Source of the DNA: an uncultured Gammaproteobacteria bacterium
Lineage (GTDB): Bacteria; Patescibacteriota; Patescibacteriia; VMEV01; CAYQCH01
DNA: 64,000 bases
Assembly (NCBI GenBank): GCA_964352335.1
Contig: CAYGRO010000007.1
Location: 361-64,360 of the forward strand
Direction of reading: 5' to 3'
The notes below the pieces were generated by a model. The model saw nothing but the letters and a program-made list of their open reading frames with translations, was not told where the DNA came from and made no database searches. Position numbers and translations under genes: made by a program. Below are positions 55,599-64,000 of the stretch, in pieces; position 1 is the stretch's first letter; the number at the start of each line of letters is the position of its first letter.

Positions 55599-55611
55599 TA
55601 AAGCCCCTTCC

Positions 55612-55640
55612 TTGACGTTTTTCCTTGTTTTTTGTATTAT
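55612..55640 (+). promoter_or_regulatory. Sigma70 promoter TTGACG-17-TATTAT upstream of rplJ leader
   Basis: ttgacg tttttccttgttttttg tattat. Confidence 0.6.
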
Positions 55641-55787
55641 CTACCTACCGTAGACAACGGGCATTTAAGACCCGTCGAGGTTCAAGCAGGAGCTTTTCCT
55701 TGTTTTTTTATCTAAAAAAGCAGAGAATAGCTCCTCAAAAGGTCGTACCTCTTGAGAATCTACGGTTTACAAAACCGTATTTTTTTT
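55641..55787 (+). promoter_or_regulatory. rplJ (L10) leader with rRNA-mimic hairpin and intrinsic attenuator abutting the start codon
   Basis: caggagct…gagaatagctcctc stem (aatagctc resembles 23S H44 region); tacggttt-acaa-aaccgta + T8 immediately followed by ATG. Confidence 0.55.
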
Positions 55788-56327
55788 ATGGCAAAATCAA
55801 GACAACAAAAAGAACAATCCCTCAAAACATTAACAGACAATCTTACCTCTGGTAAATCTGCTGTTTTTGTAAACTTTGACGGACTTACAGTTACAGAAAC
55901 ACAAGAGTTTCGTGCCCAATGTCGAGAAAATAACTTGGCATATATGGTTGCGAAGAAAACTCTTTTACGTAAAGCATTAGAAGCAGCTAATCTTTCTGAA
56001 GTAGATACAAGCATCTTTGAAAAAGGTGTTGGTACTGTTATCGGTTTGGAAGATGAAGTTGCTCCAGCTCAAGTAGCTGACAAATTCGCAAAGACTCATG
56101 AAGCAATGACAATCTTAGGTGGAGTTATGACTGAAAACCCAGAAGGGACTAAGTTCATGGATATCGCTCAAGTTTCAGCGCTTGCAAAACTTCCTTCAAA
56201 AGAAGTATTACTTGGTCGTTTGGTTGGTAGCATCAATGCTCCAGTCTCTGGATTTGTAAATGTACTTGCTGGAAATATCCGAGGTCTTGTTAATGTTCTT
56301 AATGGAATTAAAGACCAACAATCTTAA
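55788..56327 (+). CDS. rplJ: 50S ribosomal protein L10
   Basis: MAKSRQQKEQSLKTLTD… typical L10; no SD. Confidence 0.85.
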   Translation: MAKSRQQKEQSLKTLTDNLTSGKSAVFVNFDGLTVTETQEFRAQCRENNLAYMVAKKTLLRKALEAANLSEVDTSIFEKGVGTVIGLEDEVAPAQVADKFAKTHEAMTILGGVMTENPEGTKFMDIAQVSALAKLPSKEVLLGRLVGSINAPVSGFVNVLAGNIRGLVNVLNGIKDQQS

Positions 56328-56372
56328 TTGGTAGATGTGCAATCATTTGTGCATCATTGAAATGATAAAATT

Positions 56373-56792
56373 ATGTCAGAAGAAGTAACAAAAAAAGAAG
56401 TGGAAGTACCTGCAAAATTTAAAGGTATCGTGGAAGAAATCGAAAAAATGTCTGTACTAGATCTTTCTGAATTAGTTTCTCTTTTAGAAGACAAATTCGG
56501 AGTATCTGCAGCTGGAGCTCCAATGATGATGGCTGGAGTTATGCCAGGAGCAGAAGCTGGTGCTGCTGCTGAAGAAAAATCAGAATTCGCTGTTGAATTA
56601 ACAGACGGTGGTGCGAACAAAATTGCTGTAATTAAAGCAATTCGAGCTGTTAGCTCTGATCTTTCACTTAAAGATGCGAAAGACATGGTAGACGGTGCTC
56701 CACAAGTTATTAAAGAAGGTGTGAAAAAAGAAGATGCAGAAGCAATGAAAGCTGCTATCGAAGAAGCTGGTGGAAAAGTAACTTTAAAATAA
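56373..56792 (+). CDS. rplL: 50S ribosomal protein L7/L12
   Basis: 139 aa; Ala/Gly hinge, C-terminal …IKAIRAVSSDLSLKDAKDMVDGAP…. Confidence 0.9.
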   Translation: MSEEVTKKEVEVPAKFKGIVEEIEKMSVLDLSELVSLLEDKFGVSAAGAPMMMAGVMPGAEAGAAAEEKSEFAVELTDGGANKIAVIKAIRAVSSDLSLKDAKDMVDGAPQVIKEGVKKEDAEAMKAAIEEAGGKVTLK

Positions 56793-56811
56793 GCCTTTTC
56801 TCTCAAAACGA

Positions 56812-56845
56812 AAAGAACTCGGCTAATCCCGAGTTCTTTTTATTT
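56812..56845 (+). terminator. Rho-independent terminator after rplL
   Basis: gaactcgg-ctaatc-ccgagttc + tttttattt. Confidence 0.75.
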
Positions 56846-56849
56846 GCCT

Positions 56850-57043
56850 AACAGAGGTGTCGAGTTGCCTCATTTATAGTATTGCTATTTCTATTTAAAG
56901 ATTTACAACTTATGTTTGACGCTGACGTTAGTCCTTCATTTTTGAGCGGGCAAAAACGAAGCAAACCTGCCTGCCGGCAGGAACCCGCTGGGGTACTAGG
57001 AGCTTCTTGCTTGTTCCTCAGTACTAATAATTATCACAGAAGC
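56850..57043 (+). ncRNA. Candidate small structured RNA (terminator-bounded ~195-nt intergenic unit)
   Basis: Lies between two + strand intrinsic terminators; nested GC-rich helices agcggg…cctgccggcagg…cccgct; no convincing ORF. Confidence 0.25.
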
Positions 57044-57083
57044 AGCTATTCCCCCAGACCTCAATAGCTCATTTTTGATTTTT
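57044..57083 (+). terminator. Rho-independent terminator
   Basis: agctatt-(12-nt loop)-aatagct + catttttgattttt. Confidence 0.55.
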
Positions 57084-57106
57084 CTTGATTCGCTTGATTT
57101 AATTAA

Positions 57107-57141
57107 AAAGCGTTATCAGGATGACAACGTTTTTTAAGAGA
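57107..57141. terminator. Bidirectional terminator (serves convergent - strand gene)
   Basis: aaaaa gcgttatc aggat gacaacg tttttt. Confidence 0.45.
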
Positions 57142-57172
57142 GATTGATTTTAACTATCAAAACCTACTAGTT

Positions 57173-59452
57173 CTAAAGTGATTCAAGTTGATAAAGCTTA
57201 TTTGTAGACAAGAGATAGACAATATTCGTTTCTGGGTCAACGGCTAGGTCGACAAAATTATCTGCTCCTTCAATGAGATATTGACCAATAAATTTACCCG
57301 TCTTTTCAAAGATAAGTAAACGACTTGGTTCGATAAGATAGACTTTTGTAGTTAGGTCATTCGTCCAAATCTTTTGTGCATTTTCTAATGGGGGGTCAAT
57401 AGGATCTAAAACTAATCCTGGATTAGCAGGAACTCCAGAATTATATTGGACAATTTTATTAGGGAGTAATGCATAGATAGATCCATCAATTGCAAGATCT
57501 CTTGCTGAGCTAAGATCTACCGATTGGTCAGAAATCCAATTTGATAAGACAGAATAATTTGGTGCTGTATTAGATCGCATAATCTGATTCGTTTCTGGAG
57601 AAAGGGTATAGAGTCGGCTATTAAAGTAAGCAGATCCAATCAAGTTAGATTGTAAATTTGCAACGGTGCTTGTTCCTTGTCCTGTTGCAATATTAATAGC
57701 GGTAACCGTATTTGATCCAACGGTAATTAATGTATCTGCTCCATTGGGGGTAATCGAATTCCATTGAGTAAGGTCGGTTGCTAAGTTAATCGTAGATTTA
57801 GTATTATCTGCTTTTGATAATTGCAATAAAGTTGATGGCGTGGTTCCCATCACAAGCAAAGAGTTATTTGTTAAAACAACCTCTTGTGCAGGACTTCCAA
57901 AGAATCCTTGTGCATCTTTAAGTAATTCAGTAGGAGCTGAAAGGATTGTTTCTTTTCGTAATTTACTTTGTTGGATTATTAATTTTGCTTGTAGCTCTTC
58001 TCTTTGTTGATTTAATGATTCAATTGAAGCTATTTCATTCAATTTTGCTTCACTGTCTTGAACAAGCCCTATTGCATCTGATTCTCTTCCTACGATTAAA
58101 AATGCATCTGTTTTATCAATGTTTTCTTGGGCAATACTAAGATTTGTTTCGGCGGCGGCTAATTGGTCGGCTTTTGCTTGCTGTGACTTTTTCACTTTAT
58201 TTCCTCCAAAAAGAAGAAGTGCAATAACAAGTATTCCAACATAAAACAGTGGTTGTTTGGCAATTCCAGAGCGTTTAAAATTTGATCCAGCTCTACCTAA
58301 GGGGCGCATGAGAGACTTAATTCTTTGTTTCCAAAGTGATGATTTTATTACTTGATTATTTGTATGCAACATTTCCATGGCTGAACGAGAAGATGGTGCA
58401 TTCGAAAAACGCTTTTGAACAAAAAGAATTGTTTTAGAAATGATAAACTGACCAGTTTTTACTGTGGTTTGAAGTGCTTCAATGGCTATAGAGCTATTCT
58501 TTTTTTGCCCAGCAGAAGGAATAACTTCTGAGTGGTTTGGAGTAAGACTAGAGGTTACTTGATTTTTAATACCAGAAAAAAATGATCCAATACTACCAAG
58601 CCCCATACCCCCTTGATTACCTAAGAGTTTTTGGGTGTCAGATTGCGTTTGTAATAGCGTATCTATAGAGTCTTGCACATTTCCTGGTGTTTCAAAGAGT
58701 GCTTGTTGGTTTGTCATTGGGTAGGGAGACAGCTTTAACGTAATCCCCGAAACAATATGGTCATTTGGTCTAAACTGTACTTGGTTTTCAAAATGTTTTA
58801 ATGCGGGGCTGGCAGATAATGTAGATAAAACATGTTTGATTTCTGTTAGGGAAATGTAGTTGAGTAAATTAGGGGTACAAAAGAATAATTGGTCATTTTT
58901 TGGCAAAGTACTTGTAAGAATATTTTGGAAAAACTTTTGTGGGATTTGATGACTCGGTAAAATATCTGGTGAGTCAAAAATACTAATTAATTTCTTTGTG
59001 TCTAATTGAGCATTATTTAATAACCATCCAGTAATTTTTCCAAATCGACTTGTGTAATATTGTAAGCGTTTTGGATTTGTATCTGGAGCAATCATTCCCA
59101 CGAGCATCGCCCAAGATTGAATTGGAAGTGGGGCAGAGATATCATGTAAAAAATGTGAAATTTCTGAATTCATTTTTTGAAGACATTGTTCGAAAAAATC
59201 ATCAATAGTAATAGAGACTTGATTGCCTTCTAGCAAGGCTTGTTGGTAACGAATGGTGTCGATTAGTCGACTAGATAATTCTTTGATGATAGATGGATTA
59301 TCTACCGGTCCTTCTTGAAAAACAATGAAACCGAAAAATTTGAGCGATCTATGCTCATCTAATTCAATGTCGATACTCCAAGAATGGCTGACAGCATTGC
59401 TCAAATCTTGCTGAATAGAGAAATGGGCAAATGGGAGATCTAGTCGGTTCAT
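57173..59452 (-). CDS. Hypothetical bitopic membrane protein (759 aa): cytoplasmic N-domain, TM, extracytoplasmic beta-rich (propeller-like) C-domain
   Basis: Central TM LFYVGILVIALLLFGG; Ser/Thr/Asn-rich repeated beta-strand region at C-terminus. Confidence 0.45.
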   Translation of the reverse strand: MNRLDLPFAHFSIQQDLSNAVSHSWSIDIELDEHRSLKFFGFIVFQEGPVDNPSIIKELSSRLIDTIRYQQALLEGNQVSITIDDFFEQCLQKMNSEISHFLHDISAPLPIQSWAMLVGMIAPDTNPKRLQYYTSRFGKITGWLLNNAQLDTKKLISIFDSPDILPSHQIPQKFFQNILTSTLPKNDQLFFCTPNLLNYISLTEIKHVLSTLSASPALKHFENQVQFRPNDHIVSGITLKLSPYPMTNQQALFETPGNVQDSIDTLLQTQSDTQKLLGNQGGMGLGSIGSFFSGIKNQVTSSLTPNHSEVIPSAGQKKNSSIAIEALQTTVKTGQFIISKTILFVQKRFSNAPSSRSAMEMLHTNNQVIKSSLWKQRIKSLMRPLGRAGSNFKRSGIAKQPLFYVGILVIALLLFGGNKVKKSQQAKADQLAAAETNLSIAQENIDKTDAFLIVGRESDAIGLVQDSEAKLNEIASIESLNQQREELQAKLIIQQSKLRKETILSAPTELLKDAQGFFGSPAQEVVLTNNSLLVMGTTPSTLLQLSKADNTKSTINLATDLTQWNSITPNGADTLITVGSNTVTAINIATGQGTSTVANLQSNLIGSAYFNSRLYTLSPETNQIMRSNTAPNYSVLSNWISDQSVDLSSARDLAIDGSIYALLPNKIVQYNSGVPANPGLVLDPIDPPLENAQKIWTNDLTTKVYLIEPSRLLIFEKTGKFIGQYLIEGADNFVDLAVDPETNIVYLLSTNKLYQLESL

Positions 59453-59486
59453 AGGGTATTAAAATAGGGGAGATTTTCAAGTCAGC

Positions 59487-59515
59487 TTTACAGATAAAAT
59501 CAAAGTTATTATACT
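59487..59515 (+). promoter_or_regulatory. Sigma70-like promoter TTTACA-17-TATACT
   Basis: tttaca gataaaatcaaagttat tatact upstream of wHTH gene. Confidence 0.5.
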
Positions 59516-59567
59516 GGATTCGTCTCACAGATTCAACTATTTTATTCACCCTATTTAGGCAAAATCT

Positions 59568-60197
59568 ATGCTTGATCAATTATTTGGTTCAAAAACACGT
59601 GTAGCATTACTCAAGCTCTTTTTTGAAAACAAAGACCGTGCTTATTTTGTTCGGGAGCTCACCAGAGAGATTGATGCCCAAATTAACTCAGTAAGGCGGG
59701 AATTGGAGAATTTAGTGCAATTAGGCATTGTTGGTGTGGTAGAAGAACCACCTGAACCAGAGTTAAAAGAGTGGGAAGAAGAAGTCCCGAAAGGGTTAAA
59801 TAGAAAGAAGTTTTATCAGTTGAATCATTTATTTGTTCTACATGATGAACTATCTTCGTTATTTTCAAAATCACATTTGATGTTGGAAAAAGATCTCATG
59901 GATAAATTAGCAGAGCTCGATAACCTCTATTTATTGGTTATGACAGGGTTCTTTACAAAAAATACAGAGACTAAGACTGATATATTGGTCGTTGGTTCAG
60001 TCAATAAAAACGCCTTGTCTCAAATAGTTGCTCAGTACGAGAAAAAGCTTGAACAAGAAATCAACTATACAACAATGACACTAAAAGAGTATGAATATCG
60101 CCAAGAAATCACCGATCGATTCCTTTATGACATTTTAGTAAATGACAAAATTGTCTTAGTAGATAAAATCGGTATCGAAGACTTTAAACGTGGTTAA
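59568..60197 (+). CDS. Winged-helix transcriptional regulator-like protein (209 aa)
   Basis: N-terminal wHTH pattern KTRVALLKLFFENKDRAYFVRELTREIDAQINSVRRELENLVQLGIV. Confidence 0.5.
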   Translation: MLDQLFGSKTRVALLKLFFENKDRAYFVRELTREIDAQINSVRRELENLVQLGIVGVVEEPPEPELKEWEEEVPKGLNRKKFYQLNHLFVLHDELSSLFSKSHLMLEKDLMDKLAELDNLYLLVMTGFFTKNTETKTDILVVGSVNKNALSQIVAQYEKKLEQEINYTTMTLKEYEYRQEITDRFLYDILVNDKIVLVDKIGIEDFKRG

Positions 60198-60202
60198 GCT
60201 GT

Positions 60203-60559
60203 ATGTATTTATTTATTGATACAAATGAAAGCAGATTCGCTTTTTTTCAAGAAAAAGAGACTTTTGAGCATCTTCAATGGAATGCTGTGGAACAAGAGCA
60301 GTCACTAAGTCGAGAAATCAAAGCAAAAAGTACACACTTTAAAGGAATTATTGTTTTACAAGGAAAAGGCGGATTTTCTCAAACCCGAGAAGGAATCGTC
60401 TTTGCCAATATTTTTAATCAAACCAAGCAAATTCCTATCATGGCTATATCTGCAGACGACTTAGAGTCTCAATCACTCGATGAATTAGTCGTACAGCTTA
60501 AAGCAACAGGGAATAAGCCGTTAATGCCCCACTATTTTGCAGAAGCGAATATTTCTTGA
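60203..60559 (+). CDS. Minimal TsaB-like protein (118 aa)
   Basis: MYLFIDTNESRFAFF… and GKGGFSQTREGIVFANIF resemble TsaB N-terminal half. Confidence 0.4.
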   Translation: MYLFIDTNESRFAFFQEKETFEHLQWNAVEQEQSLSREIKAKSTHFKGIIVLQGKGGFSQTREGIVFANIFNQTKQIPIMAISADDLESQSLDELVVQLKATGNKPLMPHYFAEANIS

Positions 60560-60625
60560 CCGCCATCAGAGCGAAAAAGCTACTATCCTGCCAGCTACTA
60601 GCTAATACAAACATTTATCCACAGA

Positions 60626-60650
60626 ACCCACGAATTATCGTGGGTTTTTT
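60626..60650 (+). terminator. Rho-independent terminator
   Basis: acccacga-atta-tcgtgggt + tttttt. Confidence 0.75.
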
Positions 60651-60653
60651 GTG

Positions 60654-60682
60654 TTGACCAGTGGCGAGTGGTGGGGTACAAT
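60654..60682 (+). promoter_or_regulatory. dcw-cluster promoter TTGACC-17-TACAAT
   Basis: ttgacc agtggcgagtggtgggg tacaat. Confidence 0.6.
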
Positions 60683-60690
60683 TGGTTTGT

Positions 60691-60715
60691 AGTGGCATGA
60701 AGTGGGGAAGAGTGG
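60691..60715 (+). promoter_or_regulatory. Candidate MraZ operator: three AGTGG direct repeats at 10-bp phase just downstream of -10
   Basis: AGTGGcatgaAGTGGggaagAGTGGtg at 60691/60701/60711; two more AGTGG copies in the promoter spacer. Confidence 0.5.
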
Positions 60716-60980
60716 TGAATCTACTTTTTCTCTACACATCGCGCTTTTCGATGCCAGCAGTTGTATACGGTTAAACTGGCTTTACCTTTTTCCGGGGTTC
60801 AAGAATTTGCACTTATTTAAAGTCTTTCTATGAACCCCGAACCAAATGGTTTATACCAAAGGGGAATAACTAATACGTATTAGAACTTACCCTTTGTGAT
60901 TAACACCTACCTATGTCTGGTTATCGTGAAGGGTGCTCCTTGCATCGGATACGGTCATGGATCACTCAAGAATGCCCAAT

Positions 60981-61412
60981 ATGTTTATCGGAGAATACAA
61001 TCACTCAGTTGATGACAAAGGAAGAATGGCAATCCCTGCCAAATTCCGAACAAAGCTCAAATCTGGAGCTGTCATTACCAAAGGACTAGACAATTGTCTG
61101 GTTATTTACCCTAAAGCAGAATGGGAAACACTAGCGGAAAAGTTATCTTCTTTGCCTATCAGCCAAGCAAATACACGAGCATTCTCTCGTTTGATGCTTG
61201 CCGGAGCTATGGATATAGAGCTTGATAAGCAGGGAAGAATGATTATTCCAGAATATCTAAGAAAGTTCGCTGACTTAGAAAAAAAGGTAATCATTGCTGG
61301 TCTTTACAATAGGCTAGAGGTGTGGGATGAGACTAAATGGGAAGGGTATCGATCTGAAACTGAAGAAGCAAGCTCCGAAATCGCTGAGCAACTTGGCGAA
61401 TTAGGTGTTTAA
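60981..61412 (+). CDS. mraZ: Transcriptional regulator MraZ
   Basis: MFIGEYNHSVDDKGRMAIPAKFR and second DKQGRMIIP repeat (tandem MraZ domains). Confidence 0.85.
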   Translation: MFIGEYNHSVDDKGRMAIPAKFRTKLKSGAVITKGLDNCLVIYPKAEWETLAEKLSSLPISQANTRAFSRLMLAGAMDIELDKQGRMIIPEYLRKFADLEKKVIIAGLYNRLEVWDETKWEGYRSETEEASSEIAEQLGELGV

Positions 61413-61421
61413 ACCCCAACT

Positions 61422-62339
61422 ATGAAACATCAACCCGTTTTACTTGAACAAGTAATAGAAGCCTTGGCTATCAAAAAAGATGGCATCTATATTGATGGAA
61501 CTATTGGCTATGGTGGTCATGCCGAAGTTATTGCGTCTCACTTAAGTAAACAAGGTCAATTAATTGGCTTTGATAGAGATGAAACAGCTTTAGCTCATAC
61601 CAAAGAAAGATTAAGTAAGTATCCTCAAGTAAAGCTTGTACATGCTTCATATGGGGAAATACCAGAACAAGTAAATGAGCTTGTCGACGGAATCTTATTA
61701 GATCTTGGTGCCTCTTCTCCTCAATTTGATGAAGCTCATCGAGGGTTTTCTTTCAAACAAGATGGACCATTAGATATGCGTTTTGACATCAGTGGCACAA
61801 AAATTACTGCTGCTGATATCGTGAACACGTATCAAGAGAAAGAGTTAGTCTCAATTCTCAAAGAATACGGCGAAGAACGTCAGGCAAGGTTTATTGTCCG
61901 AGCCATAATGGAACGGAGACAAACACAGCCATTTGAAACAACATCTGATCTAGCATTGCTTATTGAAGATGTTATTCCAAGACGGTTTTGGCCAAAAAGT
62001 ATTCATCCTGCAACTAGAACGTTTCAAGCGTTACGAATTGCCGTAAATGACGAATTAGAGATTATCAAGCAAGCAATACCAAATCTTATTGCTCGCTTAA
62101 AACCTGGAGGACGTATCGCAATTATTTCTTTCCATTCTTTAGAAGACCGTCTTGTAAAACGGGCTTATAAAGAAGCAGAGAACGATTGCATTTGCCCAAA
62201 AGACTTTCCAATTTGTCAGTGTGACAAAGAACAAACAATACGTATTCTCTCAAAAAAACCAATTAGTGCGACAAAAATACAAATAAAAAACAACGTTCGG
62301 TCTCGTAGTGCTAAACTGCGTGTGGCTGAGCGAATATAA
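61422..62339 (+). CDS. rsmH: 16S rRNA (cytosine1402-N4)-methyltransferase RsmH
   Basis: HQPVLL…, DGTIGYGGH, LDLGASSPQFD motifs. Confidence 0.9.
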   Translation: MKHQPVLLEQVIEALAIKKDGIYIDGTIGYGGHAEVIASHLSKQGQLIGFDRDETALAHTKERLSKYPQVKLVHASYGEIPEQVNELVDGILLDLGASSPQFDEAHRGFSFKQDGPLDMRFDISGTKITAADIVNTYQEKELVSILKEYGEERQARFIVRAIMERRQTQPFETTSDLALLIEDVIPRRFWPKSIHPATRTFQALRIAVNDELEIIKQAIPNLIARLKPGGRIAIISFHSLEDRLVKRAYKEAENDCICPKDFPICQCDKEQTIRILSKKPISATKIQIKNNVRSRSAKLRVAERI

Positions 62340-62343
62340 TACT

Positions 62344-62703
62344 ATGAAAAAGCGATCAATATTTGCTTCGTATAAAAGAAAGTTCCGTTTAAATTATCGT
62401 CAAATGGGGTCATGGTTTATCCAGAGTCGTCATGCAAGAGTAGGAGTACTAGGTTTGACCATGTTCATGGGGTTATTCTATGTTTTACAAATGAATGTTT
62501 CTGCTACAAAAGGGTATGATATTCGAGAATTAGAGCAGACAAAAACAACTTTACAAAAACAAGCTCGTCGGTTAGAGTTGGAAGCTATGGAGCTACAATC
62601 AGTAGATAGATTAATGGCTCAATTACCGCAATACCGCCTTGTTGAGGCACAACCAGACGCATATTTGAGTACAGCAACAACAACTTTTGCTGCAGCTCGT
62701 TAG
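62344..62703 (+). CDS. ftsL: Cell division protein FtsL-like (small bitopic membrane protein)
   Basis: Position between rsmH and ftsI; N-terminal basic region, TM, coiled-coil. Confidence 0.5.
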   Translation: MKKRSIFASYKRKFRLNYRQMGSWFIQSRHARVGVLGLTMFMGLFYVLQMNVSATKGYDIRELEQTKTTLQKQARRLELEAMELQSVDRLMAQLPQYRLVEAQPDAYLSTATTTFAAAR

Positions 62704-62775
62704 TCTGAAAAACTCAATAAGTTTACGAGAGGTGGTTATTGTATAAACCACCTTTTAATAAACAAAAAAACAGAT

Positions 62776-64000
62776 ATGAAGCTCAAACGTCTAAAACAAA
62801 AATGTCTACTATTGCTCAAACAATTTGAGCTACAGCCGTCACAGGTAAAATCACGTTTGGGGATTCAAGAATTTGATCGTCTTTATGTTCTTTTGATCGT
62901 TTTAGGACTTATGACCTTGCTTATTATTGCAAGGCTTTTTTCATTACAAGTATTTGATTATTCGTTTTATTCTGCTCTCGCTTCTGATCAACATGAAATA
63001 CAAGCTATTTTAACAGCAGATAGGGGAGATTTATTGGTCACCGACCATGCACAACCAAATCAGGAATTCGCAATTGCAACAGATAAAGAGTATATGCAAA
63101 TTTATGCTGTTCCAAAACAAATTACGGACCCAGAAGCCGTTGCAGAAAAATTAGCTCATTTTGTTAATAAATCTGAAGAAGAATTAATCCCAATTCTTTC
63201 TAAACCAGATGATCCCTATGAGCCAATTGAAAAAAAAGTAAGTATTGAACGATATGAAAAGATTCAAGAATTAGAATTGGCTGGGATTTATGGTATAGAA
63301 GAAACACATCGATATTATGTCGACGATAATATTGGAAGCAATGTTTTAGGGTTTTTAGGAGTAAAAGAAGATAAGCCATTTGGGTTATATGGCCTAGAAG
63401 GTTATTTTCAAGATATTTTGGCTGGAGAAGAAGGGTTTTTCCAAACTGAACGGGATGTTGCTGGTAGATGGATTGTTCTATCTGATAAAGAGGTTAATGA
63501 AGCAAAAGATGGAGCAGATATTGTTCTTACTATCGACAGGACGCTTCAGTTTATGACTTGTGATGCCTTGAACAAATCAATTGATCGGCATGGTGCAAGT
63601 GGAGGTGCTGCTATTGTGATGGACCCGAAAACAGGAAAAATTTTAGCAATGTGTTCTGGTCCAGATTTTAATCCGAATTTTTATTCAGATGTAAATTCTG
63701 CCAATGACTACAATAATAAAGCTATTTTTGAAGCCTATGAAGTTGGGTCTATTTTCAAACCTATCGTTATGGCATCTGCAATCGATTTAGAATATATTAC
63801 TCCAGATACAAAATTTCTAGACACTGGAGCAGAAGAAATCGAAGAATATACGATTAGAAATGCAGACGACAAAATATACGGAGAAGTAAATATGGCTCAG
63901 GTTTTGGAAAATTCGATCAATACTGGGATGATTTTTGTTTCTCGGCAATTAGGTCAAGATCGTTTTAGAGATTATATGGAACGATTTGGATTTGGTGAGC
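62776..64000 (+). CDS. ftsI: Penicillin-binding protein 2/FtsI transpeptidase (3' partial, runs off window)
   Basis: TM then dimerisation domain and transpeptidase SxxK motif (GSIFKP); open to end of window. Confidence 0.8.
   Translation, partial: MKLKRLKQKCLLLLKQFELQPSQVKSRLGIQEFDRLYVLLIVLGLMTLLIIARLFSLQVFDYSFYSALASDQHEIQAILTADRGDLLVTDHAQPNQEFAIATDKEYMQIYAVPKQITDPEAVAEKLAHFVNKSEEELIPILSKPDDPYEPIEKKVSIERYEKIQELELAGIYGIEETHRYYVDDNIGSNVLGFLGVKEDKPFGLYGLEGYFQDILAGEEGFFQTERDVAGRWIVLSDKEVNEAKDGADIVLTIDRTLQFMTCDALNKSIDRHGASGGAAIVMDPKTGKILAMCSGPDFNPNFYSDVNSANDYNNKAIFEAYEVGSIFKPIVMASAIDLEYITPDTKFLDTGAEEIEEYTIRNADDKIYGEVNMAQVLENSINTGMIFVSRQLGQDRFRDYMERFGFGE

Noticed and set aside
55625-55855. 76-aa ORF in the rplJ leader region (and 55760..56014 -)
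   Set aside because: It overlaps the promoter, leader and attenuator of rplJ, is basic low-complexity, and runs into the real rplJ frame.
56354-56806. 150-aa antisense ORF opposite rplL
   Set aside because: It is the mirror frame of an Ala/Glu-rich ribosomal protein gene, a classic spurious antisense ORF.
56882-57067. 61-aa ORF inside the post-rplL intergenic segment
   Set aside because: It has no RBS and spans two hairpin structures. It is more consistent with a structured non-coding region.
57030-57075. Similarity of agaagcagc / aatagctca in the 57044 terminator to the L10-binding region of 23S rRNA (GAC helices 42-44)
   Set aside because: The two motifs are the two arms of one palindrome, so only a single ~9-mer match is independent. 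That is compatible with chance. An autoregulatory site would be expected upstream, not downstream, of rplJ-rplL.
1-64000. Prophage, integron or genomic-island explanation for the GC anomalies
   Set aside because: No integrase, recombinase, transposase, attC-like sites, tRNA-adjacent integration or direct repeats were found. The islands are separate, CDS-sized, and each has individual promoter and terminator signals.

Overview
This 64-kb window comes from an AT-rich bacterial chromosome, roughly 35-38% GC by eye. Genes are compact, with many 4-11 nt overlaps. Gene content resembles a small-genome, possibly CPR/Patescibacteria-like organism; that lineage guess is inference only. Recognisable genes include tgt, xseA-xseB, a GT4 phospho-sugar transferase, rplU (without rpmA), recR-ybaB, dnaB, tRNA-Lys(UUU), a P-type ATPase and mgtE. 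They also include tsaC, gpmI, a Mur-ligase, gdh, an S8/FG-GAP peptidase and a ~14-kb glycan and lipid-carrier cluster (UXS-like, GT2/GT4, GNAT, GT-C membrane proteins, CarS-like, CDP-alcohol phosphatidyltransferase, RmlD-like). Further genes are ribK-ribE-ribH, manC-like, mltG, rlmH, an archaeal-type UMP kinase, rplJ-rplL with an L10 leader, and mraZ-rsmH-ftsL-ftsI (3' partial). Superimposed on this background are four sharply bounded islands of about 60% GC: 1-1135, 13216-14170, 17949-18185 and 19070-19425. Each coincides almost exactly with one or two ORFs, carries a consensus Shine-Dalgarno and ends in its own hairpin terminator. Three of them sit behind host-like sigma70 promoters. Other non-obvious signals are a 110-bp MITE/REP-like palindromic element in two copies with a compensatory base change, and a secreted alpha/alpha-toroid protein plus a second protein sharing its C-terminal DUF4430-like domain next to an ECF-S-like membrane protein (transcobalamin-like architecture). 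A 24-bp-stem hairpin lies between xseA and xseB. Candidate MraZ boxes of three AGTGG repeats at 10-bp phase sit on the mraZ promoter. An L10 leader carries an intrinsic attenuator abutting the rplJ start codon. A terminator-bounded ~195-nt structured intergenic segment follows rplL. No CRISPR array, rRNA, integrase or transposase gene was seen. All calls are by eye from the sequence and ORF track; no searches were run.
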